A stretch of DNA of 13,462 nt from Elusimicrobiota bacterium (GCA_043819795.1 JBDREN010000059.1:1-13462); one strand, 5' to 3'; shown: positions 1 to 6,968, numbered from the stretch's first letter. Notes: generated from the letters alone by a model not told the origin. Numbers and translations: made by a program.

Positions 1-1869
1 GGCGCCGTCAGCCTGTCCGCGACGGACATCTCCGGCTCGGGCGAGTTCCACGCGGACGGCGGCGCGGCGCAGGGCGGCGCGGGCGACGAATACGGAGGAG
101 GAGGCGGAGGTGGCCGCATCGCGGTAAGCGCCTCGGGTACCTGCTCTCTGGACGCCTCCACCGCTTCCGTCTCCGGCGGAGCCTCGGCCGCGGGCGGCGC
201 CGGCGATCCATCCAAGCCGGGCCAGCCCGGGGCGGACGGGACGGTCTATACCCCCAACCTTGTGGCTCCGGCCGGCTTCTTCGGAGTCACGGCCTCCTCG
301 GTGGCGGTGGACTGGCAGTGGGCCGCGGGGACGGTCGGGGAGTACCAGGTCTTCTCCGCGACGAACGGAGCGGTTTCGCCGATCCTCGCCGCCTCGGCCA
401 CCAACTTCATCGGGACCGGCCTGGACCCGAACACGGGCTACGGAGCGTTCCTGCGTTCGCGGGGCTGCCTGGCCACGGCCGATTCCTCGGTGGCCTACAG
501 CACCACGCTGGCCAGGCCTCTGGAGAACCTGGCCGTCGCCGAGGTCTTCCGCACGAGCATCACCCTCAACTGGACGGCCCTCCCGGCCGCCCCGCAGAAG
601 GACTCCTCCGACGGGTACCGGCTCGAGGCTTCGACGACCGCGGACTTCAGCGGCACGGTCGTGTCTTCGCAGACGGCCTACGCCTCGGTGAGCACCCTCA
701 GCGTCGAGGGGCTCTGGCCGAACACGACCTATTATCTGCGGGCGGGCGCGATCAATGTGGCCGGCGTCGTGGGCTATGTGGCCGCGGGCGCGACGGCCAC
801 CTTCGCCAACGCCCCGGCCCCATCGGCCGAGACCTTCCTCGACGTCTTCGAGAGCTCGGCCACGCTGGCGTGGGCGGCTCTGCCCGCGTCTCCCCCCGCC
901 GCCTCATCGGAGAGCGCCCGGGGCTACAGGCTCGAGGCCTCCACCGCCGCGGACTTCTCGGGCGCGGTGGTCTCGTCGGCCACGCCGAGCGTGCTCGTCT
1001 CCACTCTGAGCGTGCAGGGGCTCGATCCCAACACGACGCACTACTTCCGGGTGACTGCGCTCAACCACAACGCGGTCGGCTATCCCTCGGTCCTGGGCTC
1101 GACGTCCACGCTCGCCAAGAGGCCGGACGCGCTGCCCGAGGCCTTCCTTGGGGTTTACGAGACTTCGGTCACGGTCCAGTGGGTCTCGCTGCCCGTCTCG
1201 CCGCCCGCGGCGTCCTCGGACAGCGCCGAGGGATACCTGGTGTACGCCTCCTCGACCGACTTCGGCGCGCTGGCTCCGGGCGGGCTGGTATTCAGCTCCT
1301 CCACGCCGAACGTGGCGCTCAGCACCCTGACGGTCGAGGGCCTCGACGTCAACACGACCTTCTACTTCAAGGTGGGCTCGCTCAACCACAACGGAGTCCC
1401 CAACTTCACGCTCCTCGGCTCCACGGCCACGGTCTTCGTGGAGATCGGGGTCTTGATCTCGACGAACGTGCTGAACATCGGAAGCGTCGATGTGAACTCG
1501 GAGATCGTCATCTCGACGAGCTTCATCGTCGAGACGCTGGGGAACGTCTCCCAGACCTACGAGATAGCGGCCACGACGATCACCGCGGGAAGCCCGTGGT
1601 CCATCTCCGCGAGCTCGGGGACCGACACCTTCACTTTGCAGGCCGGGTTCAACGCGACGCTCCCGACGTCCGCGCAGTTCGGCGAGGAGGACAAGCTGCT
1701 CGACAGCGCCGGCCGCTGCGACGCGGCCACCTTCGCCATCGGCCAGACCTGCGCGAGCCTCTCTCCGGCCGCGCAGCGCCTGCTGTGGCTCAAGCTGGGC
1801 ATGCCGCGGATCACCAGCACCGAGGACACCCAGGAGATCCGGATCACGATCACGACGACGCCCCCGTAA
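1..1869 (+). CDS. Large extracellular protein, 5'-truncated: Gly-rich segment, four fibronectin type III repeats and a C-terminal beta-rich domain
   Basis: The frame of ORF 262..1869 is open back to base 1 (GAVSLSATDISGSGEFHADGGAAQGGAGDEYGGGGGGGRIAVSAS...), so GTG 262 is not the start. Four FN3-like units show S-x-T-L-x-W...GY-x-L/V...GL-x-PNT-x-Y at about 262-510, 520-810, 817-1120 and 1126-1435. Stop TAA at 1867-1869. Confidence 0.9.
   Translation, partial: GAVSLSATDISGSGEFHADGGAAQGGAGDEYGGGGGGGRIAVSASGTCSLDASTASVSGGASAAGGAGDPSKPGQPGADGTVYTPNLVAPAGFFGVTASSVAVDWQWAAGTVGEYQVFSATNGAVSPILAASATNFIGTGLDPNTGYGAFLRSRGCLATADSSVAYSTTLARPLENLAVAEVFRTSITLNWTALPAAPQKDSSDGYRLEASTTADFSGTVVSSQTAYASVSTLSVEGLWPNTTYYLRAGAINVAGVVGYVAAGATATFANAPAPSAETFLDVFESSATLAWAALPASPPAASSESARGYRLEASTAADFSGAVVSSATPSVLVSTLSVQGLDPNTTHYFRVTALNHNAVGYPSVLGSTSTLAKRPDALPEAFLGVYETSVTVQWVSLPVSPPAASSDSAEGYLVYASSTDFGALAPGGLVFSSSTPNVALSTLTVEGLDVNTTFYFKVGSLNHNGVPNFTLLGSTATVFVEIGVLISTNVLNIGSVDVNSEIVISTSFIVETLGNVSQTYEIAATTITAGSPWSISASSGTDTFTLQAGFNATLPTSAQFGEEDKLLDSAGRCDAATFAIGQTCASLSPAAQRLLWLKLGMPRITSTEDTQEIRITITTTPP
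520..1435 (+). repeat. Three closely related tandem FN3-coding repeats (about 300 bp each)
   Basis: Shared motifs: GYRLEASTTADFSGTVVSS / GYRLEASTAADFSGAVVSS / GYLVYASSTDFG..VFSS, and STLSVEGLWPNTTYY / STLSVQGLDPNTTHY / STLTVEGLDVNTTFY. Similarity is also visible at DNA level. Confidence 0.85.
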
Positions 1870-1881
1870 CGCGGGGATGGG

Positions 1882-2352
1882 TCAGGGGCTTTGGCGCGTG
1901 TTCGCGGGCTCTTTGGAAGGTTCTTCGGTCACGGCGAGCCAGGTCTCGCCCCGCCACGTGCGGGTCTCGAGCGCGTGCTGCGTGCCGGCGGGCAGCACCG
2001 CGAAGCCGCCCCTCTTGAGGACGACGTCGCGTCCGGCCCCGCGCACGCGGAGCTTTCCGCGGATCACGACGATGGTAGCGTCCCCGTCGTGGGCGTGCTC
2101 CGGCGCCGCGTATCTCGCGGGCAGGCGCAGGATGGACTGCGCGGCCGCGGTCTTGGGATCCGGGCGCAGCCGGTGCTCCATCGCGCCCTTGGGCAGCCGG
2201 GGGTGGGGATCCCACCGGAGCCCGGGCGCGGGGCGCAGGAACACGGCCGATCCGGGCTTGATATCGAGGCGCAGTCCCCGGGCCCGGTCGGCCGCGAGAA
2301 GCGAGAGGACGAGCGCGGGGATGACCGGCATAAGGCGGGAGAGGCCGCGCAT
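1882..2352 (-). CDS. Exported cupin-domain protein (ChrR-cupin/DUF4437-like)
   Basis: Cupin motif 1 PEHAHDGDATIVVIRG and motif 2 GGFAVLPAGTQH. N-terminus MRGLSRLMPVIPALVLSLLAA is signal-peptide-like. ATG 2352 is chosen over TTG 2388 because it lies 7 nt after a -10 box. ATG 2331 is an alternative. Confidence 0.8.
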   Translation of the reverse strand: MRGLSRLMPVIPALVLSLLAADRARGLRLDIKPGSAVFLRPAPGLRWDPHPRLPKGAMEHRLRPDPKTAAAQSILRLPARYAAPEHAHDGDATIVVIRGKLRVRGAGRDVVLKRGGFAVLPAGTQHALETRTWRGETWLAVTEEPSKEPANTRQSP

Positions 2353-2359
2353 AAGGACG

Positions 2360-2388
2360 ATTCTAGCCCATCGGGACCGGCGAGACAA
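2360..2388 (-). promoter_or_regulatory. Sigma70-type promoter of the cupin gene
   Basis: Minus strand reads TTGTCT (2388-2383), 17 nt, TAGAAT (2365-2360), 7 nt, ATG (2352). Confidence 0.65.
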
Positions 2389-2422
2389 TGACTCGGTGAC
2401 ATGAAACGGTGTGGCGATAACA

Positions 2423-2560
2423 GGGCGACGGGTGGGCCAGGTCCGGCTGGCGGGGCTTGCCGGAGGCCGACTTACGCTTTCAGGCGGCCGAGGCCAGAGC
2501 GGCGCGCATCTAGCGCGACCGCGTCCCCGCCGGCCGGACCTGGCTCAGGCCCCGTCGCCC
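2423..2560. repeat. Long imperfect inverted repeat (33-bp stem enclosing 69 nt); candidate structured RNA or REPIN/MITE-like element
   Basis: GGGCGACGGG (2423-2432) pairs perfectly with CCCGTCGCCC (2551-2560). 2433-2455 pairs with 2525-2547 at 21 of 23 Watson-Crick positions plus 2 G-T. There is a 3-nt bulge GGC at 2548-2550. Confidence 0.85.
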
Positions 2561-2634
2561 GCTTTCAGACGCTTACGAACCGGTAACTGGAACCGCGCGC
2601 GAGCTGCTCAATGCCGGCGCGTGCCGGGACCGGC

Positions 2635-2663
2635 TTGATGGAACGAACAACCTCTGTTAACCT
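2635..2663 (+). promoter_or_regulatory. Sigma70-type promoter with extended -10 for the NHL/PorV-like/ligase operon
   Basis: TTGATG (2635-2640), 17 nt, TAACCT (2658-2663), with TG at 2655-2656 (TGn extension). It lies in a locally AT-richer stretch, and ATG 2689 follows the -10 box by 25 nt. Confidence 0.55.
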
Positions 2664-2688
2664 TATGAAGGTAAGTGACCTGTCTGCG

Positions 2689-5600
2689 ATGAAACGCGCG
2701 AGCAAGGCGGCCTCTTGGACGCGGGGCGTGGGACTTCCCTTGGCCCTCGCCTTGTGCCCGGCTTTGGCGGCCGCGGCGGTGGGCGACGTGTCCACCCTCA
2801 TCGGCCGCGGAAGGGACTACGGCGACGGCGGCCCGGCCCTGTCCGCGGCGCTCAATCATCCCTTCACCATCACGGTCTCCTCCGACGGCTCGATCTACGT
2901 GGGCGACACCTACAACTGGCAGCTTCGCAAGATCGATCCCGCCGGCGACATCTCCACCTTCCACAGCTTCTACTACGCGGAGGAGAAGATGCTCTACGCC
3001 GGCGGCTACGTCTACGCCTACGACCTCCTAAGCGGCCAGAGCCGCGTCCCGGAGAACGGCGGCGCCAAAGAGGCCGTCGGGGTGCGGCCGGACATCCTGA
3101 CCGCGACCGACGGAAACGACATCTATCAGATCACGGGCGGAAACCTCGTCCGGTACACCGATCCCGTCGCCGGCGCCAAGGCGACGCTGACGGCCCTGCC
3201 TTCCTACACCTGGAAGTTCCTCGCTCACCACGGCGGAGCCCTGTACTGCTTCTCCTCGACGGCCACGGTCCGCTACGAGCCGGCCTCCACGTCCAGCTCG
3301 ACCTTGCCGGGGCTCCCCTTCGGCGACTGGCCCTATATGCGCGGGGCCGCGTTCGACGGCACGTACCTGTATCTCGTGGAGTCCTACAGCTTCCCCTCGG
3401 CCCCGGCGGACCCGGCCGACAACGTCCAGCACCTGCGCCGCGTCCGCCTGTCGGACGGCGCCACATCCGTTTTGGCGGGCGGCACGCAGGGCGACCGGGA
3501 CGGGACCGGCGCGGCGGCCTCGCTCTCCTTTCCGAGGGACGTCGTCCTCTCCGGAGGGACGCTCTACGTGGCCGACATGTTCAACCACAAGATCAAGACC
3601 GTGGACCCGGCCACGGGGCAGGCCGTCACGATCGCGGGCGCGGGCGAGGCATTCCTGGGCCTGGACAAGTCCCTGGCCATGCTCAACAACCCGCTCAACG
3701 TGACCGTCGGCCCCGCGGGGACCATCTATATCCCGGACATGGGGACCCAGCGCATCCTCAAGGTGGACGCCGCCGGCGTCGTCAGCGTGCTCGCGGGCTC
3801 GGGTCTCGCCGGCGACACCGACGGGACGGGCACCGAGGCGCGGTTCCACTACCCCTGTCACGCCGCCGTGGACGGGGAGTTCCTCTACGTGGCCGACTTC
3901 GGGACGCACAGGATCCGCAGGGTCCACCGCAGGACGGGAGAGGTCACCACGCTGACCGGCACCGGCATCGGGGGCTTCGCGGACGGGGACCTGTCGGTGG
4001 CCCAGTTCAAGTTCCCGTGGGGGATCGTGGCCTTCGACGGCCGGATCTACGTGGCCGATACGGGAAACCACGCCATCCGCGAGATCGACCTCGCGCTCAG
4101 GCGCGTGCGCACTCTGGCGGGCACACCCGGCGCCCCCGGCTCGGCCGACGGCGTGGGCGCGGCCGCCGGCTTCAACTACCCGAGGGGCCTGACGGTGGAC
4201 GGCGACGACGTCTATATCGCGGACTCGATCAACCACACGATCCGCCACCTCGATCTGAGGACGCTCGAGGTGACGACGGTGGCCGGCGTGGCCGGAAGCC
4301 AGGGCTACGCCAACAACGTGGACCCGAACAGCGTGCGCTTCCGCCAGCCCTGGGGAGTGGCGTGGGACCCCGACGCGGTCTACGTGGCCGACACGGCCAA
4401 CATCCGCATCAGGAAGATCGACAGGGTCACCGGCGCGACCAGTCTCCTGGCGGGCAACGGAGGCTGGGGCGACGTGGACGGGCCCGGGACCACGGCCCAG
4501 CTGGGCTACCCCCAAGGGCTCTACAGCCAGCACGAGCTGGGGCGAGTGCTCGTGGCCGACACCTTCAACCATAAGGTCAAATCCGTGGAGATCCTCGTGA
4601 GCTCGCGGCCCGTGCCGCCCGAGCCGCCGTCGGACCTGGCCGCCACCGCCCTGCCCGGGCTCGAGATCAAGCTCGAATGGGAGAAGTCCCCCTCCCCGGG
4701 AGTGATCGAGTACCGCGTCTACATGGCGTCCACCCACACGGCGTTCGATTTCTACACCCCCCTCTCCACGGTCCCGGCCGGCACCCGGGAGTATACCGCG
4801 GAGAACCTCGCCGACGAGACCCTCTACCGCTTCGTGGTGCGGGCCGCCGACGCCTCCATGGAGGAGAAGAACACCGTCGAGGTCTACGCGCTCGCCTACG
4901 ACAGCCTCGTCTGCCCGGCGGCGCTCATCACCTCGCCCAAGAGCGGACGCAAGATCTCGGGACAGCGGGTGACGCTGGTGACGGGCTTCCCCGACGGGGC
5001 GGACGCCTCGCCGGTGTCCGCGGTCCGGTTCCAGTACCGGTCCCTGCTCGCCGAGGCGTTCACGGACGTGCCGGCCGCGAACGCCAACCATCCCAACCCC
5101 GACACCTCCTCCCCCTTCTTCGTTCACTGGGACGTCTCGGGCCTCGCCAACGGCGAGTACTACGTGCGCGTCCTCTCCTCCTGCGGCGGCGTCTTCGCCT
5201 CAAGCGGGCCGTTCATCTCCCTGAACGTCGAGCACTCCAACCCGGACCTGCAGGAGGCCCAGCAGGGAGAGGACCAGGTGCGCACCGAGCGCGTGGCCGG
5301 CCACAAGGCCAACCGGATCGTGGTCGCCGACCCCACGACGGACCAAACGGTGCAGGTGTACCTCCCGGCCGGCGCCGTGAGCGCCTCGACGGACACGATC
5401 TCCGTCAAGCTCGAGCGCAAGGGGGCCTCCCCGAGCGGCTACGTGGAGCCCGCCGTGCTCTCCCGGGTCGAGTTGACCTTGGGCTCGGGGCAGACCACGC
5501 TCGGACAGCCGGCGATCCTGACCTTCACCTATGACCCGGCGGTGCTGGCGGGAGTCCGCGCGTCTCCGGAGCGCCTCTCCGTGGCCCTGTGGGACGGGCT

Positions 5601-6024
5601 CTCGAGCCGGTGGAGCATCCTGCCCTCCTCGCTCGACACCTCGGCGCGGACGGTCACGGTCCAGACCACGCATTTCTCGACCTTCGGGCTTCTGGCCTCC
5701 CCGCTGGCCGCGGTGGGCATCGCGCTCGGCGACGTGTATTTCTTCCCCAACCCGGCGGTCCGCAAGAACCCGACGCTGCACGTTGAGACGAACGCCGACG
5801 AGGTCCTGGTGCGGGTCTACAACAAGGCGGGGCGCAGGGTCTACGAGGCGACGCTCTCCGGGCCGCCGGGCCTGTTCGACGACGGCAACGGCCTGGAGCC
5901 GGCCTACGAGAGCGTCTGGGACGTGTCCGGCGTGGCTCCCGACGTCTATTTCTTCTATATCGAAGCACGGCAGACCGGCCTGGGGAAGATGACGAAGACG
6001 GGGAAGATGGCGGTGGTCAAGTAG
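2689..6024 (+). CDS. Secreted NHL-repeat beta-propeller / FN3 / Ig-like protein with HFS-motif domain and T9SS type A/FlgD-Ig-like C-terminal domain (1111 aa from ATG 2689)
   Basis: Signal peptide MKRASKAASWTRGVGLPLALALCPALAAA. NHL repeats follow F/L-x-x-P-x-G...lYvAD..NH.IR (about 2785-4593). FN3 PPEPPSDL..LEWEKS..EYRVY..LYRFVVRA (about 4615-4890). Ig-like ITSPKSG..VRFQYR..WDVSGLANGEYYVRV (about 4915-5235). TTHFSTFGL at 5665-5691. C-terminus VYFFPNP..VRVYNKAGRRV..WDVSGVAPDVYFFYI..KTGKMAVVK. Upstream in-frame ATGs at 2611, 2638 and 2665 fall before or inside the predicted promoter. Confidence 0.9.
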   Translation: MKRASKAASWTRGVGLPLALALCPALAAAAVGDVSTLIGRGRDYGDGGPALSAALNHPFTITVSSDGSIYVGDTYNWQLRKIDPAGDISTFHSFYYAEEKMLYAGGYVYAYDLLSGQSRVPENGGAKEAVGVRPDILTATDGNDIYQITGGNLVRYTDPVAGAKATLTALPSYTWKFLAHHGGALYCFSSTATVRYEPASTSSSTLPGLPFGDWPYMRGAAFDGTYLYLVESYSFPSAPADPADNVQHLRRVRLSDGATSVLAGGTQGDRDGTGAAASLSFPRDVVLSGGTLYVADMFNHKIKTVDPATGQAVTIAGAGEAFLGLDKSLAMLNNPLNVTVGPAGTIYIPDMGTQRILKVDAAGVVSVLAGSGLAGDTDGTGTEARFHYPCHAAVDGEFLYVADFGTHRIRRVHRRTGEVTTLTGTGIGGFADGDLSVAQFKFPWGIVAFDGRIYVADTGNHAIREIDLALRRVRTLAGTPGAPGSADGVGAAAGFNYPRGLTVDGDDVYIADSINHTIRHLDLRTLEVTTVAGVAGSQGYANNVDPNSVRFRQPWGVAWDPDAVYVADTANIRIRKIDRVTGATSLLAGNGGWGDVDGPGTTAQLGYPQGLYSQHELGRVLVADTFNHKVKSVEILVSSRPVPPEPPSDLAATALPGLEIKLEWEKSPSPGVIEYRVYMASTHTAFDFYTPLSTVPAGTREYTAENLADETLYRFVVRAADASMEEKNTVEVYALAYDSLVCPAALITSPKSGRKISGQRVTLVTGFPDGADASPVSAVRFQYRSLLAEAFTDVPAANANHPNPDTSSPFFVHWDVSGLANGEYYVRVLSSCGGVFASSGPFISLNVEHSNPDLQEAQQGEDQVRTERVAGHKANRIVVADPTTDQTVQVYLPAGAVSASTDTISVKLERKGASPSGYVEPAVLSRVELTLGSGQTTLGQPAILTFTYDPAVLAGVRASPERLSVALWDGLSSRWSILPSSLDTSARTVTVQTTHFSTFGLLASPLAAVGIALGDVYFFPNPAVRKNPTLHVETNADEVLVRVYNKAGRRVYEATLSGPPGLFDDGNGLEPAYESVWDVSGVAPDVYFFYIEARQTGLGKMTKTGKMAVVK

Positions 6025-6026
6025 CC

Positions 6027-6968
6027 ATGGACCCGGCGCGGAGAATACGATCGGTGTCGCGGCGCCCGGGCGCGGCGCTCCCGGTCCGCCGTTCGATGGT
6101 TGTCATAGCCGCGGCCGCATTGGCCGCGCTTCCACCGCGTCCTTGCTCGGCGCAGGGGACGGGCGCGTCGTTTTTGACCATCCCCCCCACCGCTTCCGCC
6201 GCGGTCCTTCCCTTCGCCCCGCCGCGGGAGGACGGCTCCTCGATGGCGCTCAACCCCGGCGCCTTGAGCCGAGAGCCGCGCCGGATGCTCAACGCCGCCT
6301 ACTCCCCGTACCTGCTCGGCTCGCAGCTGAGCTTCATGGGCTATTCGCACCCGCTGTCGTGGGGAGTGATCGGAGCCTCCTTACTGAGGCTGGGGATCGA
6401 GGACATCGAGGGCCGCGCCGACGACCGGACCCGGACCGGCGGGTTCCGCGCCGAGGACGACGCCGTCGGGATAGCGTTCAGCCGAAGCGGGCTGGGCGCG
6501 CATCTCAAGTTCGTGCGCCAGAAGATCGACCGGTATTCGGCCCAGGGCGCGGCGCTCGACCTGGGCTACCATACTCGTCTCGGCGACCGGTTCCCGCTCG
6601 TCGTGGGACTGTCCGTCCGCAACCTGGGGACCAAGATGAGGTTCCTCGACCACTCGTTTTCCTTGCCTACGACCCTGAACGTCTCGGCGTTCTACACCGT
6701 GATGGACGCGATCGCCGTGGGCGGGGGCCTCTCGCGCGACGTCAACGAGGGGACGACGGGCTTCTCGCTGGGCACCCAGTACGTGGTGGGGGACGCGCTC
6801 TTCCTGCGGGCGGGCTACGGCCTGGCCTCCGACCAGCGTCCTTTCGAGCTTCCCGTGCCCGCGGCCGGCTTCGGCGTGGCCCTGGGCGAGCACAGCATCG
6901 ACTACGCCTTCTCCCCCTTCCGCGACCTGGGCCACGTCCACAGGTTCTCGGTGGCGCTGCGCTACTGA
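6027..6968 (+). CDS. PorV/PorQ (UPF0164, FadL-like) family outer-membrane beta-barrel protein
   Basis: Signal peptide, then GASFLTI...NPGAL. Amphipathic strands include LKFVRQKI, GAALDLG, GLSVRNLG and LFLRAGY. C-terminus IDYAFSPFRDLGHVHRFSVALRY ends in an aromatic residue. Starts 2 nt after the upstream stop; alternative ATG at 6096. Confidence 0.8.
   Translation: MDPARRIRSVSRRPGAALPVRRSMVVIAAAALAALPPRPCSAQGTGASFLTIPPTASAAVLPFAPPREDGSSMALNPGALSREPRRMLNAAYSPYLLGSQLSFMGYSHPLSWGVIGASLLRLGIEDIEGRADDRTRTGGFRAEDDAVGIAFSRSGLGAHLKFVRQKIDRYSAQGAALDLGYHTRLGDRFPLVVGLSVRNLGTKMRFLDHSFSLPTTLNVSAFYTVMDAIAVGGGLSRDVNEGTTGFSLGTQYVVGDALFLRAGYGLASDQRPFELPVPAAGFGVALGEHSIDYAFSPFRDLGHVHRFSVALRY

Noticed and set aside
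318..2018. 566-aa ORF in another + frame
   Set aside because: Arg/Gly-rich shadow of the FN3 gene with no domain signal.
2437..2455. CCAGGTCCGG resembling SRP (4.5S) RNA domain IV
   Set aside because: It lacks the following GNRA tetraloop and AGCAG on either strand.
2414..2590. Inverted repeat as an integron attC site or CRISPR repeat
   Set aside because: No RYYYAAC/GTTRRRY core pair flanks it, there is no repeat-spacer periodicity, and no integrase or cas genes are present.
2401..2638. Small ORFs 2401..2586 and 2411..2638 in the intergenic region
   Set aside because: Low-complexity translations, no clear ribosome-binding site, and they run through the inverted repeat. A small peptide cannot be fully excluded.
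2715..5127. Long alternative ORFs 2715..4574 (+) and 3028..5127 (-)
   Set aside because: Off-frame and antisense shadows of the NHL gene, expected with high GC3, and with no recognisable motifs.
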